Positions 1 through 11,479 of a DNA stretch of 64,000 nucleotides are shown one piece after another. Both the position numbers and the translations under genes were made by a program. The stretch spans positions 80,228,001-80,292,000 of the forward strand of contig OZ336870.1 of NCBI GenBank assembly GCA_965287045.1, read 5' to 3'. The notes beneath the pieces are model-generated. The model was given only the letters and a program-made list of their open reading frames with translations. It had not been told where the DNA came from and ran no database searches. The stretch comes from Carcharhinus amblyrhynchos. Its lineage: Eukaryota. Positions within the stretch are counted from its first letter, which is position 1. Each line of letters opens with the position of its first letter.

Positions 1-612
1 GGTGCTGCACGTGGTAGTACCATACAACCATAGGTTTTTTCCGTTCACAGGCTCCCAAGAGTGCCCTTTATGTACTCCTGTGGAGTCTGTGGACCATGTC
101 TACGTTTTGTGTTATAGGTTGCACGCCCTTTTTAGTTTTCTCAAAGACCTTTTATTGATGTTTTGTTTGCACTTCAGTACCATACTCCTGATCTATGGGC
201 ACCTGGTGCGGGGGGAGGGGTGGGGGGGGGGGGAGCGGTGGGGTGGGGGGGGCTTTGGAAGGAAGACTTCCCTGCTCCTGGGCCTGGTGAGTCAGGCCAT
301 CAACAGATCCAGGCAGTGAGCAATCAATGGGGTCATTCATCCCTCTATTGCAGCTACATTCGTGGCCAGTTGTCCCTAGAGAGAAAGCATGCGGTGTCCA
401 CGGGCATAGGTTACGCCTTCCATACCTGCTGGGCACCACAGGGGCTGGGGTGTATTATAGATTCCAATAATCACATTTTAATATGATGTTTTAGTTTTCC
501 TTCGTGCTTTGATTTTTGATTCGGGCTTATCCCCTTCCTTTTGGGGAGCTGCTCCTTTTAATTTGTCCCTAAGTTAACTTGAGTTAGTTTATTTGGTTGG
601 TACACGAAAAGA
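1..612 (+). mobile_element. Tx1/L1-clade LINE, 3' end of ORF2 (zinc-binding domain) plus 3' UTR; frameshifted
   Basis: ORF 2..319 contains CPLCTPVESVDHVYVLC (CxxC..ESxxH...C, zf-RVT-like) followed by LxxLFxFLKxLL, then a T-rich 3' UTR. Confidence 0.75.
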
Positions 613-614
613 AG

Positions 615-799
615 TCCCTGATTAAGGGCCAAACTTGATGGGCCAATCAGGGAGCTTCTTGCTTTGTACTTAACCAGGAGTGTCAGTTCCTCTGGGACTC
701 TGAGTGTAGATGACTAACTGAAAGCACTCTATACTGCTGTCAGACTTGTAAATAAAGGGATTTTGGTGAAGGAACTTCTGTGTCCACAGACTGATTACA
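615..799 (+). mobile_element. Probable 3' part of a solo LTR
   Basis: CCAAT motif, AATAAA near 750 and a ...TTACA terminus; the 5' part appears cut by the Tx1 copy. Confidence 0.35.
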
Positions 800-2419
800 A
801 GATCCTCAGCAGGTCCTTGATAGCTGAGCTTCTCCTCAGTACATCACCTTCATACTGCCATTGAAGTAGAATTTCAAGCCAATAGTTTGTGGATAAACTC
901 CTGACAAGAAATGGGGAAAAATCAACATGGTGGGACAAAAATGGATTGATAGGAACGCAATTGTCAAAGTTAACCACAGCAGGAAGCCAAATTAAATTTG
1001 TCTTAGTAAGATTTCACACTACTCTTTGAAGACTATAAAGTGACTGAATGGGTCCCCCAACCAGTACCCATTTCAAATGGATGCTGAAAGCCAGAAGCAT
1101 TTTCTGACTGCTGAAAGCAGGTTTGTAATGGGACAGATGATTTCAATGAATTTGGTATGCCCGCTGAGTGCACATTATATGTGGTCACCCTTTGGTCCCC
1201 TGGTGCTGACCTCCATATTATTAGTGCACGCTGAGTTCAAGGCAATCGGTTAGCCTAAGGTTTGTGTGTTTGATTTTGTTCACTATGTTTGCCTAATTAC
1301 TACCTGCTTTGTTGGAACACGTCATTGTGGGATTGGTCCCTCTGATTGTTTACAGACTTACACATCACTGTCAGAGGAGTTTATTGAGAAATTGTGAATG
1401 AAAATATATTCCACAGAATCACAATGACCATAGGGTAATTAAGCTATTGGAAGTTTACTCATCAATTTCCTTAACTTGCTCTTGCTAAGCCTAGGGAAAC
1501 CTGAATGGTGACATTTGTTCAGTTTAATAAAGTTAGGAGCTGGATCTTTCCACCGCAACAATATTAGAATTGTGCTTGAAAAACATCATAGAAAGAGGCC
1601 AATTGTGCCAAACTGCATGAAATACATAAGACTTTTTTTACAGATACTTTCACACACAGATATCTACTTTGGTCAGTGTGCAATGTCACATCACCATCTC
1701 ACATAGCTTCACTATTGTTACTTACTGAAACACAGATTATGTTGGAGACTGAATGATCTGGGTGTCCAACTGCAATTGGATACATGCCAATATTGTTGTT
1801 TGTATGCCCTGTGGATAAAAGCCTGTAGCATAACATGGGTCAGTCTCTGAATGAATTCCTAAGTCTGTCATGATGAAAAGCAGAAAGGTCAGAGGCAGCT
1901 CTCATCAGTTCTGCTGGTGGTTCTTTCAATATACCTTGTCCATCAAAGTTTAGGACATACTCCTTAGGAATCGCAAGACTCAGTTTAATCCTTACAAAAA
2001 TGCTCAGATACATATATGTGCTTATTTAGAACAAAATATATTTCAAAAATTATGTTTGTAAAATATTTCAATTCTTCCTTGAAACATATTGTATTTTTTA
2101 AGAAATGCATATGTTGGAAATCTGATGAAATATTGTTGGGTTAAATGGGCGTCAGTTTGTTTGAAAAGCTAAAAAGAACTGGAAGTTGGTGGTGAATCTG
2201 TAAAGATCATTTCATTATATAAAGTGCAGTCTTTCTTTCTTATTTGCCTGGATCAATCATTCAGAATGCTGAAATGAATATCCAATTTATAATTCATGTT
2301 TCAGAATATAACTTTTACTTTTAGGAATTAAAGTCTTAACTGTAGACAAATGGGGGAATCTGGTTAAGGAATCAGTTGGCATCTTCAATAACTTCACTTT
2401 AAACAAGATTGGAGTTATT

Positions 2420-2720
2420 CATAGATTCCCTACATTGCAGAAGGAGGCCATTTGAACTATCCAGTCTGCACTGACAACAATGCCACCTACACCTCATATT
2501 TACCCTGCTAATTCCCCTGACACTAGGGTCGATTTAGCATGGCCAATCAACCTAACCCACACATCTTTGGACTGTGATAGGAAACCGGAGCACCCAGCGA
2601 AAACCCAAGCAGACATAGGGAGAATGTGCAAACGGCAATCAGCCACCCAAGGCCGGAATTGAACCCAGGTTCCTGGCACTGTGAAGCCGCAGTGCTAGCC
2701 ACTTGCCACCGTGCTGCCCC
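2420..2720 (-). mobile_element. HE1-type V-SINE (tRNA head, CR1-derived tail)
   Basis: The minus strand reads gggcagcacggtggc...cctgggttcaattccggcc (A/B-box head), then the V core (ggttaggttgattggccatgctaaa) and a tail ending ctatga. Confidence 0.85.
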
Positions 2721-3200
2721 AATTACAGTTAAAAGCCAACTTATGTTTATCTTACAAGATCAGAAATAGAAGTGTAAAACTTGAGCAATGAATGATCCAT
2801 CTCTGAGCCTCTAATGGAGCCAAAAGATCAAAACTTACTTCAAATAAAGATTTAATTTTACATAGTTTCCAGATCAAAATAAGGCAAAACCAAGTGATAA
2901 GCAAAAGAGTTCCTTATTAGGCTGGTAAGTCAGAGAGCTGGGGATATAAATCTATTAGCAATATCAATTATTCATATGGGTTACTGAATCAAAGAGTTCT
3001 GTTAAAGGTAAAAAACTTGTTTGCACTTCAATTTGAGCCAGACCATAGAGATAGTGATTCAGGGTGGAACCTGGGATAAAAGGTTCTTCTGCTTAACCTA
3101 TCTGTGTGTTTGCTGACAAAAGAAAGAGTTCAGTTTCAGGAACGGACAGGCCAGAGTTGGACGGGCAAGGGATAGACAATGGAAAGGTCAGTTGACCTTG

Positions 3201-3247
3201 GGTGGGATTTTACAGTTTCAGGGCAAGTGAGGCCGTAAAATCCCACC
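3201..3247. mobile_element. Minimal MITE/hairpin with Harbinger-like TIRs
   Basis: Perfect 13-bp inverted repeat ggtgggattttac ... gtaaaatcccacc. Confidence 0.6.
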
Positions 3248-3644
3248 TACTGAGACAGTTGCAGCTTTGATTTGGTGTAGACTGCATCTCACCAGTTTGA
3301 GAGAGCCAACAGTAGATGACAGTCATTTAGGCCTGCCCCTCAAGCAGATAAAATAAAAAACTTAATCATTCACCACATGGAACGGAGGTTGGGCTCTATC
3401 TCACTTTGAATTTCATGAGACAAAAACAGCTGGAAGATTTGCCCTGGCTCTGGAAGTGCAATGGTCCTCGCAGAGTCTTGTGGCAGCAAGCAGTCGTCAG
3501 AATAGCTTGAAAAGCTACTGGAAGACAGTTGAGTATCTGCTGACAACCCAATGAGGAGTTGAGGCATCCACAGTCACAAGGTCTAAAAAGATAAGGTGGG
3601 GGATCACATAGCCAAAGCTAACAGAAAGACCCCTTTATAACTTG

Positions 3645-3785
3645 AACAAAAACAGAAAATACTAGAAAATCTCAGGGACCTGACAGCATAGGCAGAGACA
3701 GAACAGAGCTAATGTTTCAAGTCTGGATGAATCCTTGTCAGAGCATTTGTTTCAAAATCCAGCATCTGCAGTAATTTGCTTTTAC
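3645..3785. mobile_element. MER6-like / Penelope-derived short element
   Basis: aaaacagaaaatactagaaaatctcag...gtttcaagtctggatga...tccagcatctgcagtaatttgctttt; related pieces at about 9450-9620, 17520-17607, 46985-47095 and 49955-50027/51078-51108. Confidence 0.55.
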
Positions 3786-3989
3786 CTATAAAATCTACCT
3801 TGGAGGATATAGCGAGAATATGGAGGAAAATTAGAATGAATTTCAGGGAGATGTGGCATAACTTTGAGTTGGTCCCAGGAAAAATGAGTGAACCTTCAAG
3901 ATCTCATAAGATAACGGAATTCTTAGGGGGGAAGTAATTGTAGAACTGAGTTTATAGCGTAAGTCTTTATGAGCTGTAGTGTTGAGTTA

Positions 3990-4130
3990 GTGGTGGGGTC
4001 AGGTCAGGTCAGGTGGAGGGGGAGGTGAGGGTTCAGGTCAGGTTAGGTAGAAGGGGAGGTGGGGTCAGGTTGGGTCAGGTAGGTGGGGGGCTGGGTAGTA
4101 GGGTGTAGTGGGGGTGGTGTGTGGAGACTG
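3990..4130 (+). repeat. G-rich low-complexity (GGTCA)n-like tract
   Basis: Repeated ggtca/gggtcagg units. Confidence 0.7.
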
Positions 4131-5824
4131 ATGGGGATCCAGGGGGGTCTCATGGTAGGCCGCGGGGACAGGGTATAGTGGGAGGTGACGGGAGTTTGTG
4201 ATGGTCGGGTCTTTGGGAGAAATCCCATGAGGAGTTGGGGGAGGTCAGTACAATAGTTATCCAGGAACCAGAAGTGTTTTACTTCTAACTTTTTCTGGGT
4301 AACTATTGCATTAACACAATTGGAACCATCTGACATTTACAATTTAAAAATGCCATTATCGGATGCTTCCAATTGCTCATAGGACATTTGAACTTTGTGA
4401 GCAATTGCTGTGCAATCCTTACCTGGGAATTTCTGGGGTGGAGGTATGGGGGTCCCCAGTGCATCTTTGGTGTCGCCCAGATACAAGGCCCAGAGTTCAG
4501 AAGTTTCCAGTCAATATGTTATCAGCAGCATCACCAGCTTGATGTCCTGGCACCAGTGCAAACACAATTGCAGCATCTCATGCTGTAGGTAATAAGCATA
4601 ATATTTATCTCCCACCATATGTTCCACAACTCCACCTATTAAACAGAGGAGTTACTACCAAGCTCCCTTCCGTAAGGTGGGTTAATGTATGCACGTGCTT
4701 TCTAATTCCATTGATTTGTAATATTTAATTCAAAGTAACGCACTTCACAATTTTTGACTTGAAAAGCTGCAAAATAAGTAAGTTGGGTGTTTGGGAGTGG
4801 CTAAAATGAGTATTTATTTCATAAAAGTATCTTTGTGAAGCGATTTTAATTTTCTGGTATGCCAATAACTATCCACCACTATATACACCCCACTAAACCC
4901 ACTTCTATTTTGTTAGAATGTTAACTAAAATAAAACGGCTCATACAATATGCCATCCTTTAATGCTGTCACCACAAAGTGAAATAATTTGATGAGGCATT
5001 TTTTCTATGGAGTTCTTATTATCTAAATAAGATCACGTGTATATCAGCAAGTTTGCAAAATTTCACTCAACCTAAAATTGGACTTTAAAGATCGACATTT
5101 CTTCAAAGGGCACAGATATAAGTGCAAGAAGGTCTCATTTATCGATTGTTAAACCCCAGGGTTTTTGAAATTCAAGCTTATGCTTGTTGTTCTTTGGTAA
5201 AGGGATGACAATTTTTATTGAAAGGAAGCCACGTTGATACTCTATAGAAATGTGTTTGTCTTGGAATGGGAATTGAGGAATGTTAAGAGAGATGCTCAAA
5301 GAAAAGATGCTCAGTAAAAAGCAACTGACAGCTCACATTTCCTCAAGTGATATTTTGAAAGGAAATTTCAGCAATAATAAATTTGATGTAAGCAGCTGGA
5401 GATGAAATAAGTGAAGGAAAAATGAGATGGGTAGATCTTCCTGTTTTCTTCATACACAACAGCCTGAAGGAGGTCATCCAGACAGAAAGCTCACCTCATC
5501 ATAGTGAGCCAGATGTTCCATCCCTGCAGCTATTTGTGACACTAAATATCAGCTCATTTATTGCTTAATTTTAAAACCTTGGTTAAGTGCTTGTTCTCAA
5601 AATAACTGCCATCATCAATCATACAATTAATGTGACTCATTGGGGTAGATATAAAATTATATGAGCTGATAACTGAATGGTCAACAACTCTGTACCCTAG
5701 CCACCAATTCCATTCCTCTCCCTGGCAACCATCTGTTTGCAACTCTGGTGCTTTATTTGATCCCAAGATAAACTTCTGACCACATATTAGAACTATCATC
5801 TTGTGCTGCCGCCTCTGTATTATC

Positions 5825-6435
5825 ACTCTACCCAGCCTCAAGGACCTGTTGTTAAAACTCTTATCCATGTTTTTGTTACCCAGCACTCGACTGTTCCAAT
5901 GCATTGCTTGCTGGTTTCTCATTTTCCACACCCCTACCCAACTTATCCCATAAAGAGAAGCTCATCTAATATTCTAAAGTCCATATCCTAACTCACTCAT
6001 CACTCCTGTGCTGACTGACTTCTTTGGCTCCTAATTGTGCACGGCTCAATTTTAAAATTCTCTTCCTTATTTTATATCCCTCCAGGACCTTTCTCTTCCC
6101 CTAGCCCTGTGATCTCCAGCCCTACTACCTTCCAGGATGTTTACACTTCTCCAATCCCAGCCTCTTGTCCATTCCCAATTTAATTGCTCCATGGTTGGTG
6201 GCCATGCCTTCAGTTGTCCAAGTCCTAAGCTCTGGAATTCCCTTTGTAAAACCTGTCTCCTTCTCTATCTTACTTTTCTCCCTTACAATGCCCCTTAAGT
6301 CTTTGATCCTTGATCAAACTTTTAGTCATTTGTCCTGACATCTCCTTCTGTGGCTTAGTATCAAATTTTGTTTGATCGCGCACCTTGGGACATGTTACAA
6401 TGTTAATAGTGTAATATAAATACACGCTGTAGTTA
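5825..6435 (+). mobile_element. L2 LINE 3' fragment (decayed)
   Basis: Decayed ORF2 end (KTLIHVFVT, ITPVL, FKIL, AFS...LWNSL remnants) and the L2-type tail caccttgggacatgttacaatgttaa...tataaatac. Confidence 0.7.
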
Positions 6436-7619
6436 TTGGCCAAAGTTGTGAACCATGGTTAGTTATTCATGAAATAAATATCATACCTTTTTAGAAAGTT
6501 TCATTTTTCATGAAGTGAGGAATGCTCACAATAACTATGCTTAACGCTTCTGGATTAAATAACTCTGCATTGGTATGTTAACCACAGCATTTCATGGGGC
6601 TGAATAAATTGGTCACAGTCCAGGGCAGTGACTGAGTTCATTTTTTACTTATGAAAATTGGGAAAATTCAAGTTACGGAGTGGAACTGAAACGTACACAA
6701 CATCCTGCCGCACCCCCCGCCCTTTCAATACACTGTTTGCATAACTGAAATTCCAACCCTCTTTCCACACAATAACTCATCATACCTTATTTCTGCTTTT
6801 CCTGTAGTTTTCAGTCCAGATTATGGATTCCAAGTTTCCACATAGCCATTTGCCTTCATGCGTTGCTGAGCAGGAACTTCATCTGCCAATGTGTTCCACC
6901 ATAAATCATGGAGAAAGCTCACGTCAGTGCCAGCTGGAATCATCAGAGAGCCACTCTTAGCCTAATAACCGGCCTGAACACTTCCAGGTTACTGGGTTGT
7001 AAACCCTTATAAAGCCTGGGATAGCTGAAGGTTTCAACAGCAAGCTGGTGAAGCAGCAAGTAATGTGGTAAACTTCTTGGGAGGGCTGATTTGACTGTCA
7101 GGTGGTTTTGTTGGATGCCTCTAGTGAGAATGTCATCAAATAGAGAAGCAAGCTGTGACACCAGAAGGAAGGACGTCCTTCACAGATTTGTTGGGCGGAA
7201 TTGTCCCATCCCACTTGTGGTGTGCTTGCTGATGGACAGGAGTGGAGAATCCAGCAGGGGCCGAAAAGTCAAAAGCCACCAGTGTAAAAACAGATTAAAA
7301 TTCTCCCGATAGCAGGTTAATGGTGGCTCAGTTTTTCCGCTGCATGGTGCCTGAACACCATAAGCATTCTTGAATACTTGTTAAAATGGAATCTCGTCAG
7401 GCCTTCCAACCTTATGTCACACGAGTGGGAAATCATGCTGCCATCAAACCCCATTTGAAAAAAGTGATGTGCACAAGGAGAGACATCAGTTTACCTGAAA
7501 CTTCAAGATGAGTGCAACATATTTGGCCTGCCTGCCAAAGCACTAAGCTGCTCCTGTAACGCTGAACACCACTCTGATGAGGCAGACTGGTTCATGCCCT
7601 TCAGCTTCATGCCAAGCAG

Positions 7620-7756
7620 GGCCAGAATTCTCCAGCCATTTACACCCTACTGCCACTGCCAGAGAGGATGGAGAATTTGGCACTCAGCCAAATCTCCGTT
7701 CACTGCGGCGGGATGGGAGAATCCTGCTGACGTGAACGGCTGGAGAATTTTGTTCC
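7620..7756. mobile_element. Harbinger-type MITE
   Basis: Inverted termini aattctccagcc ... ggctggagaatt and an internal hairpin ggagaatttggc...gccaaatctcc. Confidence 0.6.
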
Positions 7757-8047
7757 TCGTATTTCTAGACAGCACTGCATGTGGCTCTAGCCAAATTGAT
7801 GATGGTCAATGTTTGGACCCAATTTACCACACATACTGGCACTTCAGATTGAAAAAAGAAAGAATTGCATTTGCATAGCATCTTTCATGGCCACTGGATG
7901 TCTCAAGGTGCTTTACAACCTTTGAAGCACTTCTGAAATGCAGTTACTGTTGTAATGCAGGAAACACGGAGGCCAGTTTCACACAGCAAGGTCCCATAAA
8001 CAGCAATCAGATGATGACTAGATAACCTGTTTTTGCAATGTTGATTA

Positions 8048-8225
8048 TAGAGCCATAGAGGTTTACAGCATGGAAGCAGGCCCGTCAGCCCAACTTGTCC
8101 ATGCTGTCCTTTTTTTTAAAGCCCCTAAGCTAATCCCAATTGCCCACATTTGGCCTATACCCCTCTGTACCCATCGTACCCATGTAACTATCCAATGCTT
8201 TTTAAAAGATAAAATTGTACCCTCA
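8048..8225 (-). mobile_element. CR1 3'-terminal fragment
   Basis: atagagccatagaggtttacagcatggaagcaggccc..gcccaacttg; the same tail type occurs on the + strand at 30705-30815. Confidence 0.7.
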
Positions 8226-8251
8226 ATTGAGGGATAAATATTGACAAAGAC

Positions 8252-8907
8252 ATAAGATCATAAGAACATAAGAAATAGGAGCAGGAGTAGGCCATCTAGC
8301 CCTTCGAGCCTGCCCCGCCATTCAATAAGATCATGGCTGATCTGTCGTGGCTCAGTTCCACATTCCCGCCCTCTCCCCATAACCCTTAATCCCCTCTCTT
8401 ATCAAAAACCCATCAACCCGCGTCTTAAAAATATTTAGCGAGGCAGCCTCCACCACTTCAACGGGCAGAGAATTCCAGAGATTCACCACCCTTTGAGTGA
8501 AGAAGTTCCTCCTCAACTCCGTTCTAAACCGCCCCCCCTTTATCTTGAGGCTGTGCCCCCTAGTCCTACTATCCTTTCTGAGCGGGAAGAGTCTCTCCAC
8601 CTCTATCCTATCCATCCCATTCATCATCTTATACGTCTCAATGAGATCTCCCCTCATTCTTCGAAACTCTAACGAGTACAAGCCTAGTTTATTCAGCCTC
8701 TCCTCATAGCTCAACCCCCTCAACTCCAGTATCAGCCTAGTAAACCTCCTCTGCACTCCCTCCAAGGCCAAAATATCCTTGCGTAAGTACGGCGCCCAAA
8801 ACTGCACACAGTACTCCAGCTGCGGCCTCACCAATGCCCTATACAGCCGCAGCAAGACCTCCCTACTTTTATATTCAATCCCCCTCGCTATGAAGGCCAG
8901 CATCCCA
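8252..8907 (-). mobile_element. Young 5'-truncated CR1 LINE (copy A)
   Basis: Uninterrupted ORF2 C-terminus MLAFIARGIEYKSREVLL...FFTQRVVNLWNSLP; (TTCTTATG)n tail; near-identical to 45195-45845 and 48613-49259. Confidence 0.95.
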
Positions 8908-10651
8908 ACATCCAAGGTAACTCCCCTAATCTTCTTAGAAATGGTATGATGGGATCCTTTCCTCCACCTGAGATGACAAGTAAGGCCATGGTTTAGCATC
9001 TCATCTGATAGGTGATACCTCTGACAATGCAGCACTCAGTACTGCACTGGAGTGCAACTTAAACTCACAACTTTCTAACAACTCAGAGGCTATCAGCTGA
9101 ACGAAGCCTGGCATGAACACAAATATATGCACTATACATATTCTTCACTAAAATGAACTATAAAGTCAAATATCAATGCTGAAAACATGTTACCATCTGA
9201 AAAAAATAATATTTTGACAATGCAAGTGAGCCTCACTGTAATTTCTTTGCTTTAGAGGATCACTTTACAAACTCAGATTCCTAATGGGTTGCATATCAGG
9301 AGTTTAAGCATGTTTCACTCCACAACTTTGCACGCAAAAATGAGTTGATGGAAAATCATGAAAGGGTGCAATTGGAGAGTATGATGAATGAACTCACACA
9401 AACTCCTCATTCAGTTTCCAAGCAAAAACATAAGTTCATAAAATTACCTTGTTGTGAATGCTGGAGATCTGAAATAAATGCACTCAGTTCTGGCAATATG
9501 TAACAATCCTGTCAGCATTTAAACAGAGGAGACAGATTAATAGTTCAGAAAATGTTATCTGTTGACCCTTCTATATCAAGTGCTGACAAACTTCTTTTTG
9601 GCATTTTTGTTCAGATCTATTTGTTGTTTTTAATTGAGGACAGGTTTAATTTACATGAGACAACTTCATTATAGGCAAACCTTTCCTTTCGCTATTGATT
9701 ATGAATGGAATGCATGACACAGTTGGATTCAAGTAAAAGCCTGTTATGAAAACCAGAAGGTGGTTCATGTGAGACAGGATCAACTATTTGCTATGTTGCC
9801 CTATCCTCCACTTATCAGCTCCACAAAATATTCTCATGTTAAACTGCACTTTGAAAGCATCAAGTCATGAATCTCCAGTTTAGCTTGTCTGTTCAAAAGT
9901 TCACTCAGATCCAAGTGGAAAAAAATAAATCACACATTATGAAGAAACTCAAATAATTAAATATTTGCAGAGTGGCCTGGTAAGGTGGAATTCACTCTAG
10001 AATCCTAAGATATGAGGGAACAAAATAAAGGGAGCTCTGGTAACTAGCTTTAGGGGGCTGGAGCAGATGGAGAAAAGGGCACAGAGGTCATAACAAGTAG
10101 CTTGAGTGGATTTGGCCAGAATGGTTTGAGGCAGTGACTGAAATAGTCAGGGTCATTTTAGCTGAACTGCCCAGTGGGAAACTAGAGCCATTGGAGTAAA
10201 CACAAATTTTACACTCTCGAGATTGACTTCAATGGAGTGTAAAAGCAGGCAGGGTGTAAAACAGGAGTTTGACTGATACTAATCCTTGCAATTTCAAGGC
10301 AGTAGATTAGGTTAAAATGATGGGTCTTGGAAGAGAGCTGGTCAGTGGATATAAATTGATGTCTCCTTTAAGGAAAATTAAGGCTCCTGGATTGACTGAT
10401 GAATAAGTGAAGGAATTGTAAATGCTCAGGAACGTGAAGGAGGAGGTGATGAGAATTGGAATTAAAAGTGAAGCCCAGGGTTCAGTGACTGGCGGTGGGG
10501 TGATCTGGTCAAACACTGGACACAATATTCCTAAATGAGGACATGAAGTCACAACCTGTTGTCAGACAAGCTCAGTTTGGTAACATGCAGGCTCAGACTG
10601 CTGCCATGATGGCTGTGCTTCTCAGTTCTCAAAAGGGTTTGCAGGATCTCA

Positions 10652-10941
10652 CAGCATGGTGGCACAGTGGATAGCACTGCTGCCTCACAGCTTCAGGTGC
10701 CCAGGTTTAATTCTGGCCTCGGGTCATGTCTGTGTGGATTTTGCACATTCTCCCCTTGTCTGCGTGGGTTTCATCTGGGTGCTCTGTACACTCTAAAGAT
10801 GTGCGGGTTAGTAATTGGTCATGCTAAATTGACCTTCCCGTCAGGGTACATTTGTGGGGTTACGGGAATAGGGATGTGTGGAATTATGCAGACTCGATGG
10901 GCCGAATAGGCTCTTTCTGTACTGTAGAAATGCTATGATTC
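10652..10941 (+). mobile_element. HE1-type V-SINE
   Basis: cagcatggtggcacagtgg head, V core, and tail gatgggccgaa...ctgtactgtagaaatgctatgatt. Confidence 0.85.
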
Positions 10942-11479
10942 CAATCTGCTCTCTACCTGATTATAGGATTACTGAGATGCAACTCTAGAAATGGCAGTGT
11001 CACAGCAGAGGGCAAAGCTTCTATCCTTCCAATACTCCCAGAGACCTTCCTCTTATCTTTCAGCCAGCCAAGATTGTTGCCACCCATGCCGAGATGATTG
11101 AGTTTGAACTCAGATCTTCTAGGCCTACAGCAGTTCGAGGTTGCCCTGCAAGGCAATCTGCAGTCTGCCTGCTGGAAATCAGCCACATTCCACCATTTGC
11201 TGAATTTTAGTTTCTTATATTTCTCTAGTGCTTTTTCTCTATTAATACTCATGAGATTGAGTAATGAGACATGTCAAAGCTTTTTGTCTTGCACTCATCA
11301 GGACACAATCAGTATAAGGGAAAGCAACAGTTGTATGAGAAGAGAGTGCTGATTGGTTGGCAAGTGAACTCTGGTAGAGGCATTGCCATAAAAATGCACC
11401 AGTTGATGGTGACTGACAGTTAACTTCCAAGCTTTGTTTGATATTAATTATCTTGATTTCCTCACTTTTTAGCACGTAA

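Larger units (their letters stand above)
7858..9105 (-). mobile_element. Ancient Deu-domain SINE (SacSINE1/AmnSINE-like) split by two CR1 insertions
   Basis: Pieces at 7858-8046, 8226-8251 and 8908-9105 are collinear with the uninterrupted copy at 21340-21770 (ttgagggataaatattg, aactcccct..cttc, cacctgagatgaca, cagtactgcactggagtg). Confidence 0.7.

Noticed and set aside
210-252. Long G-runs suggesting a G-quadruplex
   Set aside because: They lie inside a decayed Tx1 copy and look like homopolymer expansion; there is no evidence of function.
6808-6965. Open frames of about 45-50 codons on both strands near a possible acceptor
   Set aside because: The length is compatible with chance, the peptides are unrecognisable and there is no partner exon.
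8908-9035. Novel N-terminal extension on the 227-aa CR1 ORF (likewise 49260-49354 on the 212-aa ORF)
   Set aside because: These are chance read-through from flanking SINE or microsatellite sequence into truncated CR1 frames.
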